This document shows positions 18,978 through 29,235 of a DNA stretch of 64,000 bases, piece by piece. The position numbers were made by a program, and so were the translations under genes. A model generated the notes under the pieces. The model saw only the letters and a program-made list of their open reading frames with translations. It was not told where the DNA came from and did not search any database. Numbering within the stretch: position 1 is the stretch's first letter; each line of letters opens with the position of its first letter. Origin of the DNA: Acidobacteriaceae bacterium (lineage in GTDB: Bacteria > Acidobacteriota > Terriglobia > Terriglobales > Acidobacteriaceae); the NCBI GenBank assembly GCA_049280995.1, contig JBAPRH010000046.1, positions 24,426-88,425 of the forward strand. Reading direction: 5' to 3'.

Positions 18978-20286
18978 GCGCGCTCCTTTCGACAAAACGC
19001 TCCGCCGCCAGTCGCACGTGCAGCCGATCCTCGACCGCAAGAAACTCAACATTCGCCAGCGCCGCCACGTAGAGGGTCCAGAACAGCCCGTTGTAAATCA
19101 ACAGAGAATTCTCATCCAGGTCATAAAGAAGAATCAGCGCCAGCACAAACACCATCCACATCACGCGATCCACCTCACCCCGCCGCAGCACCGGCCACAG
19201 CCGCTGCCAGCCGCGCAGATAGCTCAACGCAAACAGCACCAGACCCGTCCCTCCCAACTCCAGCCAAATCTCCAGAAACCCGTTCTGCGCGTGGAACACC
19301 ATAAAGTGAACCGCCGCCACCACCCTGAACGCCTCACCGCGAGTTCCACGCCAGAACGCGTCATATCCCCAGCCCAGCCACGGCCGCTCGCAAATAAAAA
19401 CCCACGTCTGCTTCCAGATCAGCGTCCGCCCCGAAAGCGTCGCATCGCGTCCCATCCACGCCAGCAGCGCGGGCATCCAGACATAAGCCGCAATTGCCGA
19501 CGCGGCAGTAATCCACAAGCCCGCAAGCGCGGACAGCACCCTCCCTCGCGCATCCAGGCGCTTTGCGACAATCAGCCCGGCCCGGAGCGCAAGCAACACG
19601 GCCTCGATCAGCCATGCCGAGCGCGACCCGCTCATATACATCACCAGCAGAAACAGCACGCCGCTCGCCACCCTCTGCCACGAGGGCTTCCAGTCCGCCA
19701 GCAACACCGCCGTCGCCAGAACCATCATCCGGCCACAAGCGTTCTTCTGCGTGAATACTCCCTGCCAGTCCGCATGGTGCCCCGCCGAAGCATCCAGTCC
19801 CAGATGCGGAAAGCCAAGCGCCATCACCACCGTTCCCGCCGCCAGCGCCAGCATCGCTATCCGCAGAATCGCGAGCTGCCGCCGCACCGGATACCGCACC
19901 GCCAGATACAGCCCGAAAACTCCCGCTAGCGCAAACGGCAGCGCCCGCCGAACGGTATACAGAGGAAACTGCGACCACGCCACGGAAGCCACCGCCAGCG
20001 CTGCCAGCGGCAATGCCCACTGCATCGCCCGCAGCCAGCGAACCACGCGCGAGGCCTGCCGCAACAGCAAAAATACAATCGCGCCGTACACTACAAGCTG
20101 CGAACCCACGCCGCCATAAAACATTAGCCGGGTGGCCGGCTCGCGCGTCGCCTCCAGCGCCTGGTTCGGAGCGATAAAGGGAACCGCTCCCTGCACCGCG
20201 AAAAACGCCAGGATCGCCGCGCAGCAAAGCTCCTCGCAGGTTGTGCCGCGATCCTTAGTCGTTCCGCCGTCCGAGCCGCCGTCCAT
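18949..20286 (-). CDS. O-antigen ligase / Wzy-like polymerase (ExoQ-like)
   Basis: WQGVFTQKN..G, GRDATLSGRT.IW, PWLGWGY..FW, HAQNGFLE. Confidence 0.85.
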   Translation of the reverse strand: MDGGSDGGTTKDRGTTCEELCCAAILAFFAVQGAVPFIAPNQALEATREPATRLMFYGGVGSQLVVYGAIVFLLLRQASRVVRWLRAMQWALPLAALAVASVAWSQFPLYTVRRALPFALAGVFGLYLAVRYPVRRQLAILRIAMLALAAGTVVMALGFPHLGLDASAGHHADWQGVFTQKNACGRMMVLATAVLLADWKPSWQRVASGVLFLLVMYMSGSRSAWLIEAVLLALRAGLIVAKRLDARGRVLSALAGLWITAASAIAAYVWMPALLAWMGRDATLSGRTLIWKQTWVFICERPWLGWGYDAFWRGTRGEAFRVVAAVHFMVFHAQNGFLEIWLELGGTGLVLFALSYLRGWQRLWPVLRRGEVDRVMWMVFVLALILLYDLDENSLLIYNGLFWTLYVAALANVEFLAVEDRLHVRLAAERFVERSALEASAAVSQ

Positions 20287-20289
20287 CAA

Positions 20290-21315
20290 TCAGCGCCCCG
20301 CGTAAATCAAGGCAGCGCTGGCCGAAGCCACAATCGAGCTGCTGCCCATCACGATATTCTTCGCAAGACTGAACGGAATATAGATCACATCATTCGCCTG
20401 CAAAAGCTCATCCGGCGCATCGCCCTTCTCGATCTCGCGCAGCGGCAGAGGCTCCTCGTCATACGCGCCGTTTACGTTGTGGATCACCCGTGCCCGCTTC
20501 TCGTTTGCCGTCCGATTCACGCCCGCGGCCAGAGCGATCGCCTCCAACACCGTCATGCGCGATTCGTTCTCCATCGTGTAGCCGCCCGGCCTGCCCACAT
20601 CGCCCAGCACATACACAATTCCTGCCTTCGGCACCAGAATCGTATCGCCCGGATCAATCGTCACATTCGCCATCAGCGCGTCGCCGGAGCGGTTCGACAG
20701 AAACACCCGCTCCTCTCGCTCCTTCGCCCCCGGCGCGCGCTCAATCATGATGTGCCGGTCGGCGATTGGCGTAAGCCCGCCAGCCATCGCCAGCAGATCC
20801 AGCAAGGTGCGTAGTGTCGTGATTTTGTATGTTCCCGGCTTTGCCACCTGGCCCAGAACCGAAACCGGCTGCGTCGCAAATTCCTCCACGAACACTGAAA
20901 CATTGGGACGTTTCAAATAATTCCCAACCAGATATTTCGACTCAATCACCGCCGCCGCACCTGCCGGATCAAGCCCAGCCACGTGCACTTCTCCAATCAG
21001 AGGCAGGCCCACGTCACCCGAATCAAGCACCCGTACCCGCTGCTCCAGTTCCGGCTCGCGCATTACCGTTACATGCAGCAAATCCCCAGGCCCAATCAGT
21101 AGGCTTTCTCTGGTCGAACCCTTCGCCGCGTGCGCCGCAATCGACCCTCCGGCCATCGGCGCATTCTTCACCGGCGGCAGCGTTTTCGGTTCAAACTTCT
21201 GCGCCGACGCAATCGCCGCAAACATCCAGAAGCCGAGCAAAACAAACACCGCTGCGAAGCAACGTTCACACTTCCTTACTGAACGCTGATCGCTGACTGC
21301 CGACCTCTCACCCAT
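20290..21315 (-). CDS. wza: Polysaccharide export protein (Wza/SLBB family)
   Basis: LIGPGDLL, G.V.LPLIGEV.VAGL, VLGQVAKPG, VYVLGDVGRPG; start uncertain. Confidence 0.88.
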   Translation of the reverse strand: MGERSAVSDQRSVRKCERCFAAVFVLLGFWMFAAIASAQKFEPKTLPPVKNAPMAGGSIAAHAAKGSTRESLLIGPGDLLHVTVMREPELEQRVRVLDSGDVGLPLIGEVHVAGLDPAGAAAVIESKYLVGNYLKRPNVSVFVEEFATQPVSVLGQVAKPGTYKITTLRTLLDLLAMAGGLTPIADRHIMIERAPGAKEREERVFLSNRSGDALMANVTIDPGDTILVPKAGIVYVLGDVGRPGGYTMENESRMTVLEAIALAAGVNRTANEKRARVIHNVNGAYDEEPLPLREIEKGDAPDELLQANDVIYIPFSLAKNIVMGSSSIVASASAALIYAGR

Positions 21316-23563
21316 TCCGCGCCCTCCGCTCTTTACTCGAACCCTTGTACCCGTAGTACGCAAAGTAGTCCGGCGAATTCTCCGGCACGCCGTTCATCAC
21401 CACATCCACCTCCGCTGTTTCCGGCAGCGCCCGCCGAATCATTCGATAACTCCGCTGCGCCGCCTGCAAAGTCGTCGATTGATATCGCACCACCAGCAAA
21501 GTCCGGTCACAGAACCGGGCCAGGCTTGCCGCATCCGGAACCGGAAGCACCGGCGCGCTGTCCAGCAACACAAAGTCGTACCCGGCCCGCCATTCTTTCA
21601 TCAACCCGTCCATACGAGCCGAAGCCAGCAAATCGGCCGAGTCTTCCCCTGCGCCGCCCGCCCAAACCACTGAAAACCCCGCCGGCTGCGCATGGCTTTC
21701 CGCCGGGCGGCCGCTCGCCAACGCCTCTGCCAGTCCGCTTGCCCGCGCCGCACCGAAAAGCGTGTGCAGCGAAGGGCAGAGCAGGTCCGCATCCACCAGC
21801 AACACTCGCGCTCCCGAGTGCGCCAGCGATGCGGCCAGAGAAGCCGCCATCCTGGTCTTCCCATCGCCGGGAACGGGACTCGTGATCAATACGGTTTGCG
21901 AAGTCCCGCCACGCCGGGGAAGCGCAAACGAACGCCGCAGCCCCAGTGCCCCGTCATCCAACATTGCACGCTTCTCCGCAGCGAGTTGCCGTCTACGACC
22001 AAACCACCGCGGCTTCCCAAACTCGGGCACCACCCCCGCCAGCGAAACACCCAGCGTTCTCTCCAGCTCCTCAATCGACCGCACGGTCGAGTCCGTCGCC
22101 TCGCGAACCAGCGCCCCCGCGCAGCCCAGAAATAATCCCCCGGCGAGCGCCGCTGCAAGGCATAGCGGGACATTCGGGCTCTGCGGATGGCCCGCCGGCG
22201 GAGCCATTCCCGCATTCACCACCGTTAAATTCGTCGCGTGCAACCCCTCCAGCACCCCGGCCTCTTTGAGCTTTCCCAGCAGCCCGCGATACAGTTCACG
22301 GCTCCCGTCGGCCTCCTGCTTCGCCAACTCATAGGCCACCGTACGGTCGTTCGTCTGGTTGGCAATCTCTTTCTGCTTATCGAAGGAAGCCCGCGCCGCG
22401 TCCTCCGCCCTCTGCGCAATCTCGTAGTCGGTATGCGCCCGCGCTCCAATACGGCCGATCTCTTCCTGAATCGACTTGTCGATCCCGTTCAGCTCGCCAT
22501 GCGACTCCGCCATCTCCGGAAACGCGCTCCCGTAGCGTGCCGTGTCTTCATCGATATGCGCCTCGACCGAAGCTTCCTTCGCCCTCAGGGTCTGCAACAG
22601 CGCCAGCGAATTCGCCATCTCCGGGCTGCTCCCGGTGGCAGTATTTCCTGCCAACCCCGAAATCAGTTCCGGGTCTCCGCTCTTCGCCACTTGCCAGACC
22701 GCCTGCTTCAGAATCCGGTTCGACTCCGCCGCCGATAGCCCGCTGTTCAGCCCGTCCAGACGCGCCAATACCAGATTGTGCGACGCATCCTCGCCGTAAA
22801 TCCCCGTCCCCTGCTCCAGATGGTCCGCGGCTTCCTGCAATTGCTCGGTCTGCTTTTTCAGCCCCGCCAACTGCCCGGACAGCCAGTCCGATGCCTGCGC
22901 CGTGGCCTGAAAGCGCGACTGGAACGTGTATTCCTGCAATGACGAAATCAGGCGGTTCACAACTGCCGAAGCCGTCTTCGGGTCTGAGCTTGAATAACTC
23001 ACGTCAATCAGCCGCGTCCCCGTAACCGGCTCGACCTTCAAATGGCTTGCAAAAATCCTGAGCGCCACGAATCTCCGGTTAGGAGCCTCATCCAGCGGCA
23101 CGCTCAGCGGTTCCACCGGCTTCCTCCAAAAGAAGACCCGCGCCCGAAGCCGCCGCCGATGCGGCGGAAAGTAATCCGCCGTCGTCTCCAACTTCAAATC
23201 CTTGATCACCATCAGCGCCAGCGTGTTCGATTGCAGGATGCGCGCCTCCGTCTGCAGAGTCATGCTCGTATCGAGAGCGCTGGAGTCGGAATTCACCGCG
23301 TCGCACGTCACAGAGCGGTCCAGCCCCAGCGTGCCTGGGTTGTCCTTCCGAACTTCAACCTGTCCCGTTGCTCGATAAAGCGGCGTCGCCAGAACACAAT
23401 ACAGCGTCGCCAGAACTGCCATCACCGACACGCAGCTGATCAGAATCCCGCGCCGCCGCCGGAAAATTGAGAGCAGCTCGCCGAGCGTCCACTCCCGCCG
23501 AATGGGAGCCGACAAATCGCTCCGCTCCAGCACCCGGCCCCGCCCTTCGATGAGCGCGTTCAT
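21308..23563 (-). CDS. wzc: Polysaccharide co-polymerase / tyrosine autokinase (Wzc/GumC)
   Basis: Two TMs around a periplasmic coiled domain; TSPVPGDGKT, VDADL, LDSAP, C-terminal Tyr cluster YFAYYGY. Confidence 0.9.
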   Translation of the reverse strand: MNALIEGRGRVLERSDLSAPIRREWTLGELLSIFRRRRGILISCVSVMAVLATLYCVLATPLYRATGQVEVRKDNPGTLGLDRSVTCDAVNSDSSALDTSMTLQTEARILQSNTLALMVIKDLKLETTADYFPPHRRRLRARVFFWRKPVEPLSVPLDEAPNRRFVALRIFASHLKVEPVTGTRLIDVSYSSSDPKTASAVVNRLISSLQEYTFQSRFQATAQASDWLSGQLAGLKKQTEQLQEAADHLEQGTGIYGEDASHNLVLARLDGLNSGLSAAESNRILKQAVWQVAKSGDPELISGLAGNTATGSSPEMANSLALLQTLRAKEASVEAHIDEDTARYGSAFPEMAESHGELNGIDKSIQEEIGRIGARAHTDYEIAQRAEDAARASFDKQKEIANQTNDRTVAYELAKQEADGSRELYRGLLGKLKEAGVLEGLHATNLTVVNAGMAPPAGHPQSPNVPLCLAAALAGGLFLGCAGALVREATDSTVRSIEELERTLGVSLAGVVPEFGKPRWFGRRRQLAAEKRAMLDDGALGLRRSFALPRRGGTSQTVLITSPVPGDGKTRMAASLAASLAHSGARVLLVDADLLCPSLHTLFGAARASGLAEALASGRPAESHAQPAGFSVVWAGGAGEDSADLLASARMDGLMKEWRAGYDFVLLDSAPVLPVPDAASLARFCDRTLLVVRYQSTTLQAAQRSYRMIRRALPETAEVDVVMNGVPENSPDYFAYYGYKGSSKERRARNG

Positions 23564-24546
23564 GCGTTCCGCACCACGACTACCGACCCATCAAAATCAA
23601 AGCTGAAATCCATCTCGCTCAGACCTGCCTCCGTCATCACTTCCCGCAGCCTGCGCCGGTCGCTGGTCTGAAACAGCAGAAAGCCGCTCCCACCCGCACC
23701 CACCAGCTTGCCGCCCGTCGCGCCGCCCTGCTTCACCGCCAGCGCGTACAACTCGTCGATGCGATCATTCGTCATTCCCGCCGAACGACCGCGCTTCCTC
23801 TGCCAGTGCGCGTCCATCAGAGGACCGAATTCCGCAATCCTCCCCGCTTCCAGCACGCTCCGAATCTCGCAACCCAGCTCCTTCGTAAAATGCAGCCCGT
23901 CCAGCGTCGCGGCATCCCGCGCCAGCGAGCGCGCCTTCTGGTCGGCCAGCAACTCCGAAGCGTTCCGCGTGTAGCCAGCAAAAAACAGCATCAGCGAATC
24001 GCGCAGCTCCCGCACGCGCGCATCACTCATCTGCAACGGACGGACGCTTACCGCTTTGTCCGTCGCATACTCCTGGCACAGCAGCCCGCCATAAGCGGCG
24101 ATGTACTGGTCCTGCTTCCCCACCGGCTCGCCCAGCCGCACCATTTCCACTTCAATCGCCTCGCGCGCCAGTTTCTCCGCGCACACCGGCTCACGCTTGT
24201 GCGCATGCAGCGCGTGCATCAGCCCTACCGCGAACGTTCCCGACGAGCCCAGTCCGGTTCCCGCCGGAACGTCCGCCACGCTCACCACCTCCAGAGGCTC
24301 CGGAACTCCCTGCATCTCCAGCGCCTCTCGCATCAGCGGGTGTCGAATCTCGGCCCGCGTCGTCGCGTGCTCCGCCTCTGAATACTTCAGGAAATATCCC
24401 GGCAGAAAGCTCCGGTTCACCGTGATGTAAACATATTTCGTAATCGCGGCCGACAGTACGAATCCCCCGAATTCGCGGGAGTAGGAAGGCAGATCAGTCC
24501 CGCCGCCACCCAGCGAAATTCGCAGCGGAGTCCGCGTCATAATCAC
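23560..24546 (-). CDS. hddA: GHMP sugar-phosphate 1-kinase (HddA/LmbP-like)
   Basis: RTPLRISLGGGGTD, PAGTGLGSSG, GKQDQY, GGKLVGAGGSG. Confidence 0.85.
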   Translation of the reverse strand: MIMTRTPLRISLGGGGTDLPSYSREFGGFVLSAAITKYVYITVNRSFLPGYFLKYSEAEHATTRAEIRHPLMREALEMQGVPEPLEVVSVADVPAGTGLGSSGTFAVGLMHALHAHKREPVCAEKLAREAIEVEMVRLGEPVGKQDQYIAAYGGLLCQEYATDKAVSVRPLQMSDARVRELRDSLMLFFAGYTRNASELLADQKARSLARDAATLDGLHFTKELGCEIRSVLEAGRIAEFGPLMDAHWQRKRGRSAGMTNDRIDELYALAVKQGGATGGKLVGAGGSGFLLFQTSDRRRLREVMTEAGLSEMDFSFDFDGSVVVVRNA

Positions 24547-25304
24547 GCGCCAACTCCCGCGCCAGCCGACATACGCACGCGCAAAAATTCATCTGTCTCA
24601 GCCAGACCCGCGGCAGACCCGATCTCATAGAACCGCTCCGCTCCTTCAAAGCCGGCCATCGCGCCGCGAGCGATCAGGTCGCGCTGCACCTCGGCCAGAT
24701 CAAAAGCCTCGCCTTGCGGCAAACCCGCGAATGCAGCCGCCGAATAAATCCCCAGCCCATAATCAATGTGCCGCATCTCCGGGAAACACGCGCCTTTCGC
24801 ATAGCGAAGGATTTTGCCATCCGCAAACTCCACGTTGCTCGCATCCCATCGATCGTCGTTTCTGAACACCGCCATCAACGCCGTTTTCCCCGAAGCCTCA
24901 AACGCGCCGAGCGCCGGAGCAAACTCCGCCGTCAAATAGCTGTCCCCGTACATCACCCAGAAGCGCGGACCCAGCAGCGACAGGGCCTTCACAATCGCGC
25001 CGCCCGTGCCCAGCAGCGGCGGCCCGTCGAACGAATATCGCACCCTGCACCCGAACCGCGCGCCGTCGCCCACAAACTCCGCAATCATTCCACCCAGATG
25101 ACCGCAGCAGATCACCACGTCCCGAATTCCCTGACCCGCCAGCAGACGAAGTTGATGCGCGACGAACGGCTCCCCGGCCACCGTCAACAGCGATTTCGGA
25201 ACCCGCTCCGTAAGAGCGCCCAGCCTGCTGGCCAGCCCTCCGGCCAGCAAAGCCAGAGGTGGCATGGCCTCTTCGCTCGAAGCGTCAGGCAACAACGCAG
25301 CCAT
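24543..25304 (-). CDS. Sugar-1-phosphate nucleotidyltransferase (HddC/LmbO-like)
   Basis: LAGGLASRL...PKSL, LGTGGAI, YGDSYL, FYEIGS; start 25304 or 25265. Confidence 0.85.
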   Translation of the reverse strand: MAALLPDASSEEAMPPLALLAGGLASRLGALTERVPKSLLTVAGEPFVAHQLRLLAGQGIRDVVICCGHLGGMIAEFVGDGARFGCRVRYSFDGPPLLGTGGAIVKALSLLGPRFWVMYGDSYLTAEFAPALGAFEASGKTALMAVFRNDDRWDASNVEFADGKILRYAKGACFPEMRHIDYGLGIYSAAAFAGLPQGEAFDLAEVQRDLIARGAMAGFEGAERFYEIGSAAGLAETDEFLRVRMSAGAGVGA

Positions 25305-26298
25305 CGCCCACCCGCTCCTTTTCAAATTCCCCCGCCATCTCCTCAAGCGACTTCCGGATAGCCTCGTGGCAGCTGTATCGTGGCTTCCATCCCAGCGCCT
25401 TGATGCGCGAAGCATCCAGCCGCACCACCGGAACATCGCCCTTCCATCCCCGATCGCCGCCCGTATATTCCCACTGCGGCAGCGGATCGATCCCCAGACA
25501 CTCCGCCGCCAACTCGGCAATTTCCGTCACGGTAATCGCGTCGTTCGTTGCCACATTCCACACATGAAAGCCGCCGCTGACGCTCGCATTCGCCAGCAAC
25601 ACTGCCGTCACCACGTCTGAAACATGGACATAGCTCTTGCTCTGCCGGCCATCGCCCAGAATCCGCAGCCGCGTCGAGTCTTCCCGCAGACGCTTCATGA
25701 AGTCGGGCCCCACCCCATGCGTCTGCCGCGCGCCCACCACATTCGCAAATCGAAACGCGCACGCCGTCAGCCCAAACATCGCGCAATAGCTCGCGATCAA
25801 TGCCTCACCAGCCAGCTTGCTCGCGCCATAGGTTGAAACCGGCCGCAGAGGAACCAAGTCCTCTCGCAGCACCACATCGCCGCGCTCGCCATACACCCCG
25901 CTGCCCGAGGCATACAGCAGCCGCCCCACGCTCGCGCGCCGCATCGCCTCCACTACGTTGTTGGTAAGCAAAGTTCCCTGATAGAAATCAATCTGCGGCT
26001 CAGAAATCGCCCGCGCAATGTCAGGATTCGACGCCAGATGAATCACCAAATCGTGCCCCGCAACCGCCTCGGTCAGCACATCGAGACCGGAAGCGTCGCC
26101 GCGAATCACACGCAGTCGCGCGTCTCCACGATGTTTTTCAAAGTGCCGTTCCCGTCCCGACGAGAAGTTGTCGAACAGGGTAACCCGGTGCGTCACTGCG
26201 CTCCCCAGCAGCGCATCCACGAAGTGGCTGCCGATAAATCCAGCTCCCCCCACAATACAAACGCCGAGTTCGCCGAGCCTTCCGCTAACTTCGCGCAT
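25285..26298 (-). CDS. NAD-dependent nucleotide-sugar epimerase/dehydratase
   Basis: GGAGFIGSH, YGASK, RFANVVG, GDGRQSKSY, GWKGDVP. Confidence 0.92.
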   Translation of the reverse strand: MREVSGRLGELGVCIVGGAGFIGSHFVDALLGSAVTHRVTLFDNFSSGRERHFEKHRGDARLRVIRGDASGLDVLTEAVAGHDLVIHLASNPDIARAISEPQIDFYQGTLLTNNVVEAMRRASVGRLLYASGSGVYGERGDVVLREDLVPLRPVSTYGASKLAGEALIASYCAMFGLTACAFRFANVVGARQTHGVGPDFMKRLREDSTRLRILGDGRQSKSYVHVSDVVTAVLLANASVSGGFHVWNVATNDAITVTEIAELAAECLGIDPLPQWEYTGGDRGWKGDVPVVRLDASRIKALGWKPRYSCHEAIRKSLEEMAGEFEKERVGDGCVVA

Positions 26299-26503
26299 AA
26301 CTCCCCACTAACTACCTTCTAATAACTGTGCGCAGCCTCGCGCTCTAACCTTGGATTTCCCGCAACAGTATCACCCGGACCCAAAATGAAACAGATTACA
26401 AAAGTTATGAATCCGCACCTCTTTGCAATTGACCCTCATTGCCAACGCGTTGCTTCATGGGCATAACACTTCCTTCGCATTGTCATAACCGGGAGAGGAT
26501 GTC

Positions 26504-27505
26504 ATGGCTCAGCAACCGCTCATCACCGTCGGCCTGCCCGTCTACAACGCGATGCTCTGGCTGCCCGAGGCAATGGACAGCCTGATGGCGCAGCGGTGCG
26601 CGAATTTTGAAATCCTCGCCATCGTCGACGGCGCCACCGATAACAGCCTTCAGTACCTTCGCTCCCTCGCGGCAAAGCCGTCGATCGGTCCGCACCTCCG
26701 CATTCTCACCCAGACCAATCAGGGCGTCACGCCCACGCTCAATCGCATGCTTCGCGAGTGCCGTACGCCGTGGCTGGTTCGCCAGGATGCGGATGACGTC
26801 TCGCACCCGCACCGCATCGGCCGTCTTCTGTCCGCAATCAAATCGACGCCTCACGCCGGCATGTTCTATTCGCTCGCCAACTATCATCCTCGCGGACGCG
26901 CTGTTGGAACGTTTCGCTGCACCCGGGGGACTTCGCAGCAGCTTCGCGCCATCGTTCGCAACGGCTACCTGCTTTCGATCTGTCACCCGACCGTCGCGCT
27001 CCATGTAGAAAAGACGCGCGCTCTCGGCGGCTACCGCATCGGCTTGCACAACGAGGACGCCGATCTCTGGTGGCGCATGGCCATCGAACACGAAATCCAT
27101 TGCATTCCGGAAGAATTAGTCGGGTTCCGCCAGAACGAGTCCAGCGTAAGCGCGCGCAACCTGGGTGCGCAGATGGTCGCGGCCTTGTATGTTCAATACC
27201 TGCTGCTCTCTCATCTCACCCACCGCACGCCGCAATCGCTCGCCGCCATTCACAGCCGTCTTCAGAACTTGCTCTCCCCCAAAAAGCTCCGCGCCAAGGA
27301 GCAATTGCGCGAGTTCAACATCCGGCTCGCGCAGAAACAATACCTGCGCGCCGCCGCCGCCATCGCGGCCTCGGCGGCGGCCTCGCCCACCCATCTTCTC
27401 GGACGGCTACGTGACGAGTTTGCGCCGCGACCGTCCGGCAGCCTCATCATGAACGGAATTCACCCTCGGCTTTTCTTTCAACAACAGGAGGCTCTGTGGC
27501 TGTAG
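26504..27505 (+). CDS. GT2 glycosyltransferase
   Basis: VGLPVYNA, DGATD, RQDADD, EDADLW. Confidence 0.9.
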   Translation: MAQQPLITVGLPVYNAMLWLPEAMDSLMAQRCANFEILAIVDGATDNSLQYLRSLAAKPSIGPHLRILTQTNQGVTPTLNRMLRECRTPWLVRQDADDVSHPHRIGRLLSAIKSTPHAGMFYSLANYHPRGRAVGTFRCTRGTSQQLRAIVRNGYLLSICHPTVALHVEKTRALGGYRIGLHNEDADLWWRMAIEHEIHCIPEELVGFRQNESSVSARNLGAQMVAALYVQYLLLSHLTHRTPQSLAAIHSRLQNLLSPKKLRAKEQLREFNIRLAQKQYLRAAAAIAASAAASPTHLLGRLRDEFAPRPSGSLIMNGIHPRLFFQQQEALWL

Positions 27506-28419
27506 TACCGCTGTTTTCACCCGATTTCATATCCGCGCTGTCCCGCCCGCAAGCAAGGCCTTCCGAGGCGTTGCCGGCGCGTTCCATTTCCGGGCTGCCG
27601 CTGCCCAAACCCTCCCGGTTTTTTCTCAACGGAATCCCCATCGACCGCATGTCCCTGGAGCACGCCACAGCCTGGGTCATTTACACGCTCAAAAGCCGTG
27701 CAGCACACAAGCCGCTGCTCATTATGGGACCAAACGCCCAGTTGATTACGCTGGCCGCGCACCAGCCGCGCTTCGCCGCTGCCCTCCGTTCTGCCAGCCT
27801 CGCCGTCCCCGACGGCATATCCATCGTCCTCGCCTCGCGCATACTCGGGGAGCCTGTTCCCGAGCGGGTCACCGGAGGCGATCTCATGGAGCGCCTCTGC
27901 ATCGAGGCACCCCGCCACAATCTTTCCGTCTTTTTCCTCGGCGGCCTCCCCAGCGCAGCCGAGGCGACTGCGCGCAAGTTCGAGCGCAATTATCCTGGCT
28001 TCCGCGTCGCCGGAACCTGCTGCCCCACCCCCGGCTTTGAGAACAATCCCCTGGAATCCGCCCGTATCCGGCAGCGAATCGCCCAGGCGAAGCCCGACCT
28101 GCTCTGCGTCGCCTTCGGAGCGCCGAAACAGGAGATATGGATGTACGAAAACTGCCCCACGCTCCCCATCGGCGCGGCCATTTCCGTTGGCGCGGCCTTC
28201 GACACCCAGTCCGGACTCCGCAGGCGCGCTCCCCAATGGACGTACCGCATCGGCTGCGAATGGCTCTACCGCCTTCTCCGTGAGCCGCGGCGGCTCTGGC
28301 GCAGGTATCTCCTCGGCAACACGCACTTCCTATGGCTCGTCGCGCGCCAGTGCTGGCGCGAATCCGTGGCAGATCGCAACAGCAGTGACGCGCTCACCAA
28401 GCCATTCATTCAGCATTAG
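27496..28419 (+). CDS. WecB/TagA/CpsF family glycosyltransferase (GT26)
   Basis: PDG, ERVTGGDL, FLGG, GAPKQEIW, GAAFD, EWLYRLLREPRRLWRRY. Confidence 0.93.
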   Translation: MAVVPLFSPDFISALSRPQARPSEALPARSISGLPLPKPSRFFLNGIPIDRMSLEHATAWVIYTLKSRAAHKPLLIMGPNAQLITLAAHQPRFAAALRSASLAVPDGISIVLASRILGEPVPERVTGGDLMERLCIEAPRHNLSVFFLGGLPSAAEATARKFERNYPGFRVAGTCCPTPGFENNPLESARIRQRIAQAKPDLLCVAFGAPKQEIWMYENCPTLPIGAAISVGAAFDTQSGLRRRAPQWTYRIGCEWLYRLLREPRRLWRRYLLGNTHFLWLVARQCWRESVADRNSSDALTKPFIQH

Positions 28420-28433
28420 AAAAGGAGCCGGCT

Positions 28434-29168
28434 GTGCCCCCCATCGACACTCTCAAGGTCAAACTCTTCGCTGACGGAGCGGACCTGTCCAGCATTCTGG
28501 CCCTTTATAAAAATCGCTGGATCAAGGGATTCACCACTAATCCCACGCTGATGCGCAAGGCCGGAGTTCTCGACTACGAGACCTTCGCGCGCAACCTGCT
28601 GCGCGCTGTCTCCGATCGACCCGTGTCGCTCGAAGTCTTCGCCGGCGACGAGGACAGCATGGAAGCGCAGGCTCGCGCCATCGCGTCCTGGGGGTCGAAC
28701 GTCAACGTGAAAATCCCAGTCACCGACCAGAATGGCATTTTCATGGGGCCGCTTATCCAGCGGCTTTCGTGCTCCGGAATCACCGTCAACGTCACCGCCA
28801 TCCTCACACTCAACCAAGTGGAGCGCGTCGCCGCCGCGCTTCATCCAGCAACCCCGGCCATTATTTCCGTATTCGCCGGGCGCATCGCCGACACCGGCAT
28901 TGACCCCGTTCCCGTCATGAAGCAGGCGCGAGTTCTGCTGTACGGCCGCCCCCTGGCAGAGTTGCTATGGGCCAGTCCGCGGGAATTACTCAATATCTTT
29001 CAGGCCGATGCCGCCGGGTGCCACATCATCACCGTCCCGCCGGAGATTCTCGCCAAGCTCAACCTCATAGGCAAGGACCTGACCCACTATTCGCGCGAAA
29101 CCGTAAGCATGTTCCACCGCGACGCTCACGCCGCCGCGTACCAAATCCACACCAACGTGCTTTCCTGA
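28434..29168 (+). CDS. tal: Short-type transaldolase
   Basis: FADGAD, GFTTNPTLM, VNVKIP (Schiff-base Lys), NVTA, SVFAGRIADTG, WASPRE. Confidence 0.9.
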   Translation: MPPIDTLKVKLFADGADLSSILALYKNRWIKGFTTNPTLMRKAGVLDYETFARNLLRAVSDRPVSLEVFAGDEDSMEAQARAIASWGSNVNVKIPVTDQNGIFMGPLIQRLSCSGITVNVTAILTLNQVERVAAALHPATPAIISVFAGRIADTGIDPVPVMKQARVLLYGRPLAELLWASPRELLNIFQADAAGCHIITVPPEILAKLNLIGKDLTHYSRETVSMFHRDAHAAAYQIHTNVLS

Positions 29169-29235
29169 GTCCAGCCCATGCCTATCAGTCTCTGGCGTCA
29201 AGCTCGATTCCTTGGCCGCCGAGTGCCGGCTCGCA

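Noticed and set aside
22715..22730. GGTTCGACTCC tRNA T-loop-like motif
   Set aside because: Lies inside wzc, with no cloverleaf
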